From: Eledone cirrhosa
Taxonomy: Eukaryota
Direction of reading: 5' to 3'
DNA: 64,000 nt
Assembly: GCA_964016885.1 (NCBI GenBank)
Contig: OZ024741.1
Span: 11,532,001-11,596,000, forward strand
Positions 52,300 to 64,000 of the stretch are shown here, in pieces (positions within the stretch are counted from its first letter, which is position 1; the number at the start of each line of letters is the position of its first letter). The notes beneath the pieces were generated by a model that saw nothing but the letters and a program-made list of their open reading frames with translations, ran no database searches and was not told the origin of the DNA. The position numbers were made by a program, and so were the translations under genes.

Positions 52300-55200
52300 C
52301 CATCTACTGAGTTACATACACACACATCTTCTGAATTACATATACACACATCTACTGAGTTACATACACACACATCAACTGAGATACATACACACATCTA
52401 CAGAGTTACATACAGACCCATCTACTGAGTTACATATACACATCTACTAAGCTACATACACACACATCTACTGAGTTACAGACACACATATACTGAGTTA
52501 CATACACACATCTACTGAGTTACATACACACACATCTACTGAGTTACATACACACATCTACTGAGTTACATACACACATATCTACTGAGTTACATATACA
52601 CATATCTACCGAGTTACATACACATATCTACTGAGTTACATACACACAAACAACTACTGAGTTCCATGCACACTACTCCTGAGTTACATACACTCACATC
52701 TACTGAGTTACATACACTCACATCTACTGAGTTACATACACACACATCTACTGAGTTACATACACATATCTACTGAGTTACATACACACACAACTACTGA
52801 GTTACATGCACACATCTACTGAGTTACATACACACGTATCTACTGAGTTACATACGCACCTCTACTTAGTTACATACACACATCTACTGAGTTGCATACA
52901 TACACATCTACTGAGTTACATACACTCACATCTACTGAGTTACATACACACGCATCTACTGAGTTACATACACACATCTACTGAGTTATATACACTCACA
53001 TCTACTGAGTTACATACAAACATATCTACTGAGTTACATACACACATCTACTGAGTTACATACACGTACATCTACTGAGTTACATACACACATCTACTGA
53101 GTTACATACACACACATCTACTGAGTTACATACATACATCTACTGAGTTATACACACACACATCTACTGAGTTACATACACACACATCTACTGAGTAACA
53201 TATACACACATCTACTGTGTTACATACACACACATCTACTGAGTTACATACACACATCTACTGAGTTATATACACTCACATCTACTGAGTTACATACACT
53301 CACATCTACTGAGTTACGTACACACATATCTACTGAGTTACATACACACATCTAATGAGCTACATACACACATATCTACTGAGTTACATACACACATCTA
53401 GTGAGTTACATACACACATCTACTGAGTTACATACACACACATCTACTGAGTTACATACACACACCTCTACTGAGTTACATACACACATCCACTGAGTTA
53501 CATACACACACCTCTACTGAGTTACATACACACATCCACTGAGCTACATACACACACCTCTACTGAGTTACATACACACATCTACTGAGTTACATACACA
53601 CATATCTACTGAGTTACATACACACCTCTACTTAGTTACATACGCACATCTACTGAGTTGCATACACACACATCTACTGAGTTACATACACACACATCTA
53701 CTGTGTTACATACACACACATCTACTGAGTCACATACATACTTCTACTGAATTACATACACACACATCTACTGAGTTACATACACACGCATCTACTGACT
53801 TACATACACACATCTACTGAATTACATACACGCACAACTACTGAGTTACATACACACACATCTACTGAGTTACATACACACACCATCTACTGAGTTACAT
53901 ACACACACATCTTCTGAATTACATATACACACATCTACTGAGTTACATACACACACATCAACTGAGATACATACACACATCTACAGTGTTACATACAGAC
54001 CCATCTACTGAGTTACATATACACATCTACTAAGCTACATACACACACATCTACTGAGTTACAGACACACATATACTGAGTTACATACACACATCTACTG
54101 AGTTACATACACACACATCTACTGAGTTACATACACACATCTACTGAGTTACATACACACATATCTACTGAGTTACATAAACACATATCTACCGAGTTAC
54201 ATACACATATCTACTGAGTTATATACACACACACAACTTCTGAGTTCCATACACACTACTCCTGAGTTACATACACTCACATCTACTGAGTTACATACAC
54301 TCACATCTACTGATTTACATACACACACATCTACTGAGTTACATACACATATCTACTGAGTTACATACACACACAACTACTGAGTTACATGCACACATCT
54401 ACTGTGTTACATACACACGTATCTACTGAGTTACATACGCACCTCTACTTAGTTACATACACACATCTACTGAGTTGCATACATACACATCTACTGAGTT
54501 ACATACACTCACATCTACTGAGTTACATACACACGCATCTACTGAGTTACATACACACATCTACTGAGTTATATACACTCACATCTACTGAGTTACATAC
54601 ACACGCATCTACTGAGTTACATACACACACATCTCCTAAGTTTTATACACACATCTACTGAGTTACATACACACACATCTACTGAGTTACATACAGACAT
54701 ATCTACTAAGTTACATACACGTACATCTACTGAGTTACATACACACATCTACTGAGTTACATACACACACATCTACTGAGTTACATACATACATCTACTG
54801 AGTTACACACACACACATCTACTGAGTTACATACACACACATCTACTGAGTAACATATACACACATCTACTGTGTTACATACACACACATCTACTGAGTT
54901 ACATACACACATCTACTGAGTTATATACACTCACATCTACTGAGTTACATACACTCACATCTACTGAGTTACGTACACACATATCTACTGAGTTACATAC
55001 ACACATCTAATGAGCTACATACACACATATCTACTGACTTACATACACACATCTAGTGAGTTACATACACACATCTACTGAGTTACATACACACACATCT
55101 ACTGAGTTACATACACACACATCTACTGAGTTACATACACACATCCACTGAGTTACATACACACACCTCTACTGAGTTACATACACACATCCACTGAGCT

Positions 55201-55480
55201 ACATACACACACCTCTACTGAGTTACATACACACATCTACTGAGTTACATACACACATATCTACTGAGTTACATACACACCTCTACTTAGTTACATACAC
55301 ACATCTACTGAGTTGCATACACACACATCTACTGAGTTACATACACACACATCTACTGTGTTACATACACACACATCTACTGAGTCACATACATACATCT
55401 ACTGAGTTACATACACACGCATCTACTGACTTACATACACACATCTACTGAATTACATACACGCACAACTACTGAGTTAC
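52300..55480 (+). repeat. More diverged tandem duplication, period ~1583 bp
   Basis: ORF pair 52806/54389, TACAGACCCA 52411/53994 and TTCCAT 52662/54245. Several substitutions and monomer indels separate the copies. Confidence 0.75.
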
Positions 55481-58400
55481 ATACACACACATCTACTGAG
55501 TTACATACACACACATCTCCTAAGTTATATAGACACATGTACTGAGTTACATACACACACATCTACTGAGTTACATACACACATCCACTGAGCTACATAC
55601 ACACACCTCTACTGAGTTACATACACACATCCACTGAGTTACATACACAACCTCTACTAAGTTACATACACACATCCACTGAGCTACATACACACACCTC
55701 TACTGAGTTACATACACACATCTACTGAGTTACATACACACACATCTAATGAGCTACATACACACAAATCTACTGAGTTACATACACACATCTAGTGAGT
55801 TACATACACACATCTACTGAGTTACATACACACACATCTACTGAGTTACATACACACACCTCTACTGAGTTACATACACACATACACTGAGTTACATACA
55901 CGCACATCTACTGAGTTACATACATACATCTACTGTGTAACGTACGCTCACATCTACTGAGTTACATACACACACATCTACAGAGTTACATATACACACA
56001 TCTACTGAGTTGCAATCACACATCTACTGAGTTACATATACACACATCTACTGTGTTACATACACACACCTCTACTGAGTTACATACATACACATCTACT
56101 GAGTTATATAAACACACATCTACTGAGTTACATACAGACACATCTACTGAGTTACATACACACCTCTACTGAGTTACATACACACACCATCTACTGAGTT
56201 ACATACACACACATCTTCTGAATTACATATACACACATCTACTGAGTTACATACACACACATCAACTGAGATACATACACACATCTACAGAGTTACATAC
56301 AGACACATCTACTGAGTTACATATACACATCTACTAAGCTACATACACACACATCTACTGAGTTACAGACACACATCTACTGAGTTACATACACACATCT
56401 ACTGAGTTACATACACACACATCTACTGAGTTACATACACACATCTACTGAGTTACATACACACATATCTACTGAGTTACATATACACATATCTACCGAG
56501 TTACATACACATATCTACTGAGTTACATACACACACACAACTACTGAGTTCCATGCACACTACTCCTGAGTTACATACACTCACATCTACTAAGTTACAT
56601 ACACTCACATCTACTGAGTTACATACACACACATCTACTGAGTTACATACACATATCTACTGAGTTACATACACACACACACCTACTGAGTTACATGCAC
56701 ACATCTACTGAGTTACATACACACATATCTACTGAGTTACATACACACCTCTACTTAGTTACATACACACATCTACTGAGTTGCATACATACACATCTAC
56801 TGAGTTACATACACTCACATCTACTGAGTTACATACACACACATCTACTGAATCACATACATACATCAACTAAATTACATACACACACATCTACTGAGTT
56901 ACATACATACACATCTACTGTGTTACATACACACACATCTACTGAGTCACATACATACATCTACTGAATTACATACACACACATCTACTGAGTTACATAC
57001 ACACATCTACTGAGTTATATACAGTCACATCTACTGAGTTACATACACTCACATCTACTGAGTTACGTACACACATATCTACTGAGTTACATACACACAT
57101 CTAATGAGCTACATACACACATATCTACTGAGTTACATACACACATCTAGTGAGTTACATACACACATCTACTGAGTTACATACACACACATCTACTGAG
57201 TTACATACACACACATCTACTGAGTTACATACACACATCCACTCAGTTACATACACACACCTCTACTGAGTTACATACACACACCTCTACTGAGTTACAT
57301 ACACACATCCACTGAGCTACATACACACACCTCTACCGAGTTACATACACACATCTACTGAGTTACATACACACATCCACTGAGCTACATACACACACCT
57401 CTACTGAGTTACATACACACATCCACTGAGTTACATACAGGCACATCTACTGAGTTACATACATACATCTACTGAGTTACGTACGCTCACATCTACTGAG
57501 TTACATACACACACATCTACAGAGTTACATATACACACATCTACTGAGTTGCATACACACATCTACTGAGTTACATATACACACATCTACTGTGTTACAT
57601 ACACACACCTCTACTGAGTTACATACATACACATCTACTGAGTTACATACACACACATCTACTGAGTTACATACACACACATCTACTAAGTTACATACAC
57701 ACATCTACTGAGTTACATACACACATCTACTGAGTTACATACACACACATCTACTGAGTTACACACACATCTATTGAGTTACATATACACATATCTACTG
57801 AGTTGCATACACACATCTACTGAGTTACATATACACACATCTGCTGTGTTACATACACACATCTCTACTGAGTCACATACATACACCTACTGAGTTACAT
57901 ACACACATCAACTGAGTTACATACACATACATCTACTGAATTACATACATACACATCTACTGAGTTACATACACACGCATCTACTGAGTTACATACACAC
58001 ATCTGCTGAGTTACATACACACACATCTACTGAGTTACATACACACACATCTACTGAGTTACATACATACACATCTACTGAGTTACATACACACACATCT
58101 ACTGAGTTACATACACACACATCTACTGAGTTACATATACACACATCTACTGAGTTACATATACACACATCTACTGAGTTACATACACACAAATCTACTG
58201 AGTTACATACACACCTCTACTTAGTTACATACACACATCTACTGAGTTGCATACATACACATCTACTGAGTTACATACACTCACATCTACTGAGTTACAT
58301 ACACACACATCTACTGAATCACATACATACATCAACTAAATTACATACACACACAACTACTGAGTTCCATGCACACTACTCCTGAGTAACATACACTCAC

Positions 58401-59579
58401 ATCTACTGAGTTACATACACTCACATCTACTGAGTTACATACACACACATCTACTGAGTTACATACACATATCTACTGAGTTACATACACACACACCTAC
58501 TGAGTTACATGCACACATCTACTGAGTTACATACACACATATCTACTGAGTTACATACACACCTCTACTTAGTTACATACACACATCTACTGAGTTGCAT
58601 ACATACACATCTACTGAGTTACATATACTCACATCTACTGAGTTACATACACACACATCTACTGAATCACATACATACATCAACTAAATTACATACACAC
58701 ACATCTACTGAGTTACATACACACGCATCTACTGAGTTACATACACTACTGCTGAGTTACATACACAGACATCTACTGAGTTACATACATACACATCTAC
58801 TGTGTTACATACACACACATCTACTGAGTCACATACATACATCTACTGAATTACATACGCACACATCTACTTAGTTACATACACACACATCTCCTAAGTT
58901 ATATACACACATCTACAGAGTTACATACACACACATCTACTGATTTACATACAGACATATCTATTGAGTTACATACACACATCTACTGAGTTACATACAC
59001 GCACATCTACTGAGTTACATACACACATCTACTGAGTTACATACACACACATCTACTGAGTTACATACACACATCTACTGAGTTACATACACACACATCT
59101 ACTGAGTAACATATACACACATCTACTGTGTTACATACACACACATCTACTGAGTTACATACACACATCTACTGAGTTATATACACTCACATCTACTGAG
59201 TTACATACACTCACATCTACTGAGTTACGTACACACATATCTACTGAGTTACATACACACATATAATGAGCTACATACACACATATCTACTGAGTTACAT
59301 ACACACATCTAGTGAGTTACATACACACATCTACTGAGTTACATACACACACATCTACTGAGTTACATACACACACCTCTACTGAGTTACATACACACAT
59401 CCACTGAGTTACATACACACACCTCTACTGAGTTACATTCACGCACCTCTACTGAGTTACATACACACATCCACTGAGCTACATACACACACCTCTACCG
59501 AGTTACATACACACATCTACTGAGTTACATACACACATCCACTGAGCTACATACACACACCTCTACTGAGTTACATCCA

Positions 59580-62500
59580 CACATCCACTGAGTTACATAC
59601 ACGCACATCTACTGAGTTACATACATACATCTACTGAGTTACGTACGCTCACATCTACTGAGTTACATACACACACATCTACAGAGTTACATATACACAC
59701 ATCTACTGAGTTGCATACACACATCTACTGAGTTACATATACACACATCTACTGTGTTACATACACACACCTCTACTGAGTTACATACATACACATCTAC
59801 TGAGTTACATACACACACATCTACTGAGTTACATACACACACATCTACTAAGTTACATACACACATCTACTGAGTTACATACACACACATCTACTGAGTT
59901 ACACACACATCTATTGAGTTACATATACACACATCTACTGTGTTACATACACACATCTCTACTGAGTCACTTACATACACCTACTGAGTTACATACACAC
60001 ACCAACTGAGTTACATACACATACATCTACTGAATTACATACATACACATCTACTGAGTTACATACACACGCATCTACTGAGTTACATACACACATCTGC
60101 TGAGTTACATACACACACATCTACTGAGTTACATACACACACATCTACTGAGTTACATACATACACATCTACTGAGTTACATACACACACATCTACTGAG
60201 TTACATACACACACATCTACTGAGTTACATATACACACAACTACTGAGTTACATATACACACATCTACTGAGTTACATACACACAAATCTACTGAGTTAC
60301 ATACACACACATTAACTGAGATACATACACACATCTGCTGAGTTACATACACACACATCTACTGAGTTACATACACACACATCTACTGAGTTACATACAT
60401 ACACATCTACTGAGTTACATACACACACATCTACTGAGTTACATACACACACATCTACTGAGTTACATATACACACATCTACTGAGTTACATATACACAC
60501 ATCTACTGAGTTACATACACACAAATCTACTGAGTTACATACACACACATCAACTGAGATACATACACACATCTACAGAGTTACATACACACACATCTAC
60601 TGACTTTCATATACACACATCTACTGAGTTAAATACACACACATCTACTGAGTTACATACACAAACACCTACCCAATTACATACACACACATCTACTGTG
60701 TTACATACACACATCTACTGAGTCACATACATACATCTACTGAATTACATACACACACATCGACTGAGTTACATACACCCGCATCTACTGAGTTACATAC
60801 ACACATCTACTTAATTACATACACGCACATTTACTGAGTTACATACACACACATCTACTGAGTTACATACACACACATCTCCTAAGTTACATACACACAT
60901 CTACTGAGTTACATACACACGCATCTACTGAGTTACATACACACACATCTACTGAGTTACATACACACACATCTACTGAGTTACATACACACACATCTAC
61001 TGAGTTACATATACACACATCTACTGAGTTACATACACACACATCAACTGAGTTACATACACATACATCTACTGAGTTACATACACACACATCTACTGTG
61101 TTACATATACACACATCTATTGAGTTACATACACACATCTACTGAGATACATACACACCTCTACTGAGTTACATACACACATCTACTGAGTTACATATAC
61201 ACACATCTACTGAGATACATACACATAACTACTGAGTTACATACACACATCTACTGTGTTACATACACACACATCTACTGAGTCACATACATACATCTAC
61301 TGAATTACATACACACACATCTCCTGAGTTACATACACACATATCTACTCAGTTACATACACACACATCTACTGAGTTATATACACACATCTACTGAGTC
61401 ACATACATACATCTACTGAATTACATACACACACATCTACTGAGTTACATACACACACATCTACTGATTTACATACACACATCTACTGAGTTACATACAG
61501 ACACATCTACTGAGTTACATACACACACATCTACTGAGTTACATACACACACATCTACTGAGTAACATACACACATCTACTGAATTACATACACGCACAT
61601 CTACTGAGTTACATACACACACATCTACTGAGTTACATACACACACATCTCCTAAGTTATATACACACATCTACTGAGTTACATACACACACATCTACTG
61701 AGTTACATACAGACATATCTACTGAGTTACATACACACACATCTACTGAGTTACATACATCTACTGAGTTACATACACACACATCTACTGAGTTACATAC
61801 ACACACATCTACTGAGTTACATATACACACATCTACTGTTTTACATACACACACATCTACTGAGTTACATACACACATCTACTGAGATACATACACAACT
61901 CTACTGAGTTACATACACACATCTACTGAGTTACATATACACACATCTACTGAGATACATACACATAACTACTGAGTTACATACACACATCCACTGAGTT
62001 ACATACACGCACATCTACTGAGTTACATACATACATCTACTGAGTTACGTACGCTCACATCTACTGAGTTACATACACACACATCTACAGAGTTACATAT
62101 ACACACATCTACTGAGTTGCATACACACATCTACTGAGTTACATATACACACATCTACTGTGTTACATACACACACCTCTACTGAGTTACATACATACAC
62201 ATCTACTGAGTTACATACACACACATCTACTGAGTTACATACACACACATCTACTAAGTTACATACACACATCTACTGAGTTACATACACACACATCTAC
62301 TGAGTTACACACACATCTATTGAGTTACATATACACACATCTACTGTGTTACATACACACATCTCTACTGAGTCACTTACATACACCTACTGAGTTACAT
62401 ACACACATCAACTGAGTTACATACACATACATCTACTGAATTACATACATACACATCTACTGAGTTACATACACACGCATCTACTGAGTTACATACACAC

Positions 62501-64000
62501 ATCTGCTGAGTTACATACACACACATCTACTGAGTTACATACACACACATCTACTGAGTTACATACATACACATCTACTGAGTTACATACACACACATCT
62601 ACTGAGTTACATACACACACATCTACTGAGTTACATATACACACAACTACTGAGTTACATATACACACATCTACTGAGTTACATACACACAAATCTACTG
62701 AGTTACATACACACACATTAACTGAGATACATACACACATCTGCTGAGTTACATACACACACATCTACTGAGTTACATACACACACATCTACTGAGTTAC
62801 ATACATACACATCTACTGAGTTACATACACACACATCTACTGAGTTACATACACACACATCTACTGAGTTACATATACACACATCTACTGAGTTACATAT
62901 ACACACATCTACTGAGTTACATACACACAAATCTACTGAGTTACATACACACACATCAACTGAGATACATACACACATCTACAGAGTTACATACACACAC
63001 ATCTACTGACTTTCATATACACACATCTACTGAGTTAAATACACACACATCTACTGAGTTACATACACAAACACCTACCGAATTACATACACACACATCT
63101 ACTGTGTTACATACACACATCTACTGAGTCACATACATACATCTACTGAATTACATACACACACATCGACTGAGTTACATACACCCGCATCTACTGAGTT
63201 ACATACACACATCTACTTAATTACATACACGCACATTTACTGAGTTACATACACACACATCTACTGAGTTACATACACACACATCTCCTAAGTTACATAC
63301 ACACATCTACTGAGTTACATACACACGCATCTACTGAGTTACATACACACACATCTACTGAGTTACATACACACACATCTACTGAGTTACATACACACAC
63401 ATCTACTGAGTTACATATACACACATCTACTGAGTTACATACACACACATCAACTGAGTTACATACACATACATCTACTGAGTTACATACACACACATCT
63501 ACTGTGTTACATATACACACATCTATTGAGTTACATACACACATCTACTGAGATACATACACACCTCTACTGAGTTACATACACACATCTACTGAGTTAC
63601 ATATACACACATCTACTGAGATACATACACATAACTACTGAGTTACATACACACATCTACTGTGTTACATACACACACATCTACTGAGTCACATACATAC
63701 ATCTACTGAATTACATACACACACATCTCCTGAGTTACATACACACATATCTACTCAGTTACATACACACACATCTACTGAGTTACATACACACATCTAC
63801 TGAGTCACATACATACATCTACTGAATTACATACACACACATCTACTGAGTTACATACACACACATCTACTGATTTACATACACACATCTACTGAGTTAC
63901 ATACAGACACATCTACTGAGTTACATACACACACATCTACTGAGTTACATACACACACATCTACTGAGTAACATACACACATCTACTGAATTACATACAC
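59580..64000 (+). repeat. Tandem duplication with 2406-bp period (second copy cut by window end), containing a nested 238-bp duplication
   Basis: ORF pairs 60083/62489, 60312/62718 and 60887/63293 are all at +2406. ACATCCACTG 59581/61987 marks the start. ATCTGCTGAG at 60095 and 60333 marks the nested 238-bp unit. Confidence 0.9.

Larger units (their letters stand above)
1..64000 (+). repeat. Tandem satellite/minisatellite array, 22/24-bp monomer ATCTACTGAGTTACATAC(AC)2-3, roughly 2,700-2,900 monomers, running off both window ends
   Basis: Every line consists of the core TCTACTGAGTTACATAC followed by a short (AC)n tract, always in the same orientation. The 24-mer consensus is 9 A, 7 C, 6 T, 2 G (37.5% GC). 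Copy number is estimated as 64000 divided by 22-24. Confidence 0.99.

Noticed and set aside
3110-58874. Plus-strand His/Thr-rich ORFs (STELHTHT, HLLSYIHT) resembling mucin-like or His-rich proteins
   Set aside because: Frames switch constantly through 2-bp indels, the third frame has TGA in almost every monomer, and starts come from sporadic variants. This is expected by chance in this repeat.
1657-63544. Minus-strand Cys/Val-rich ORFs (CVCNSVDV repeats) that superficially resemble metallothionein or keratin-associated proteins
   Set aside because: They are translations of runs of 24-bp monomers. The frame is broken by every 22-bp monomer, the ORFs are short (about 60-90 aa), and there is no unique sequence, splice context or codon-position-biased variation.
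1-64000. CRISPR array or other repeat-spacer system
   Set aside because: There are no unique spacers. The variable part is only a short (AC)n tract, and there is no leader, cas gene or other unique sequence.
1-64000. Telomerase-synthesised long telomeric repeat of the budding-yeast type (Candida/Kluyveromyces 23-25 bp units)
   Set aside because: Unit size and G/T skew are similar. However, the length of at least 64 kb, the mixed 22/24 units and the kb-scale inherited variant patterns indicate DNA-level duplication rather than templated addition. No TTAGGG-type motif is present.
1-64000. Transposon, tRNA, rRNA or structured ncRNA, or G-quadruplex/i-motif array
   Set aside because: No non-repeat insert, terminal repeat or inverted segment was seen. 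The strand skew leaves little self-complementarity, and runs of three or more G or C are very rare.
1-64000. Pure sequencing or amplification artefact (rolling-circle concatemer or low-complexity noise)
   Set aside because: Specific substitutions recur in conserved order with graded divergence among blocks, which random error or a single circular template would not produce. The copy number of individual near-perfect blocks could still be misassembled.

Overview
The whole 64 kb window is one uninterrupted head-to-tail tandem array of a short satellite/minisatellite monomer. The consensus is ATCTACTGAGTTACATACACACAC (24 bp), with a common 22-bp form lacking one CA and rarer 18-26 bp variants. 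I see no unique sequence, inversion, transposon, RNA gene or credible protein gene. The supplied ORFs are translations of the repeat (STELHTHT / HLLSYIHT / CNSVDVCV). Underneath, the array is highly structured: diagnostic monomer variants recur in fixed order and define kb-scale higher-order blocks. Duplication offsets I could read are about 238, 1583, 1.66-1.68 k, 1949, 2406, 2856-2904, 3.1-3.2 k, 4.7 k, 7306, 8975, 14.36 k and 15.15 k bp. The sequence is most consistent with eukaryotic satellite DNA, but the organism and chromosomal role cannot be determined from it. I found no support for a new gene-encoded system. The interest lies in the array architecture and possible protein-binding or structural roles. 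Block boundaries were read by eye and are approximate (about one or two monomers).
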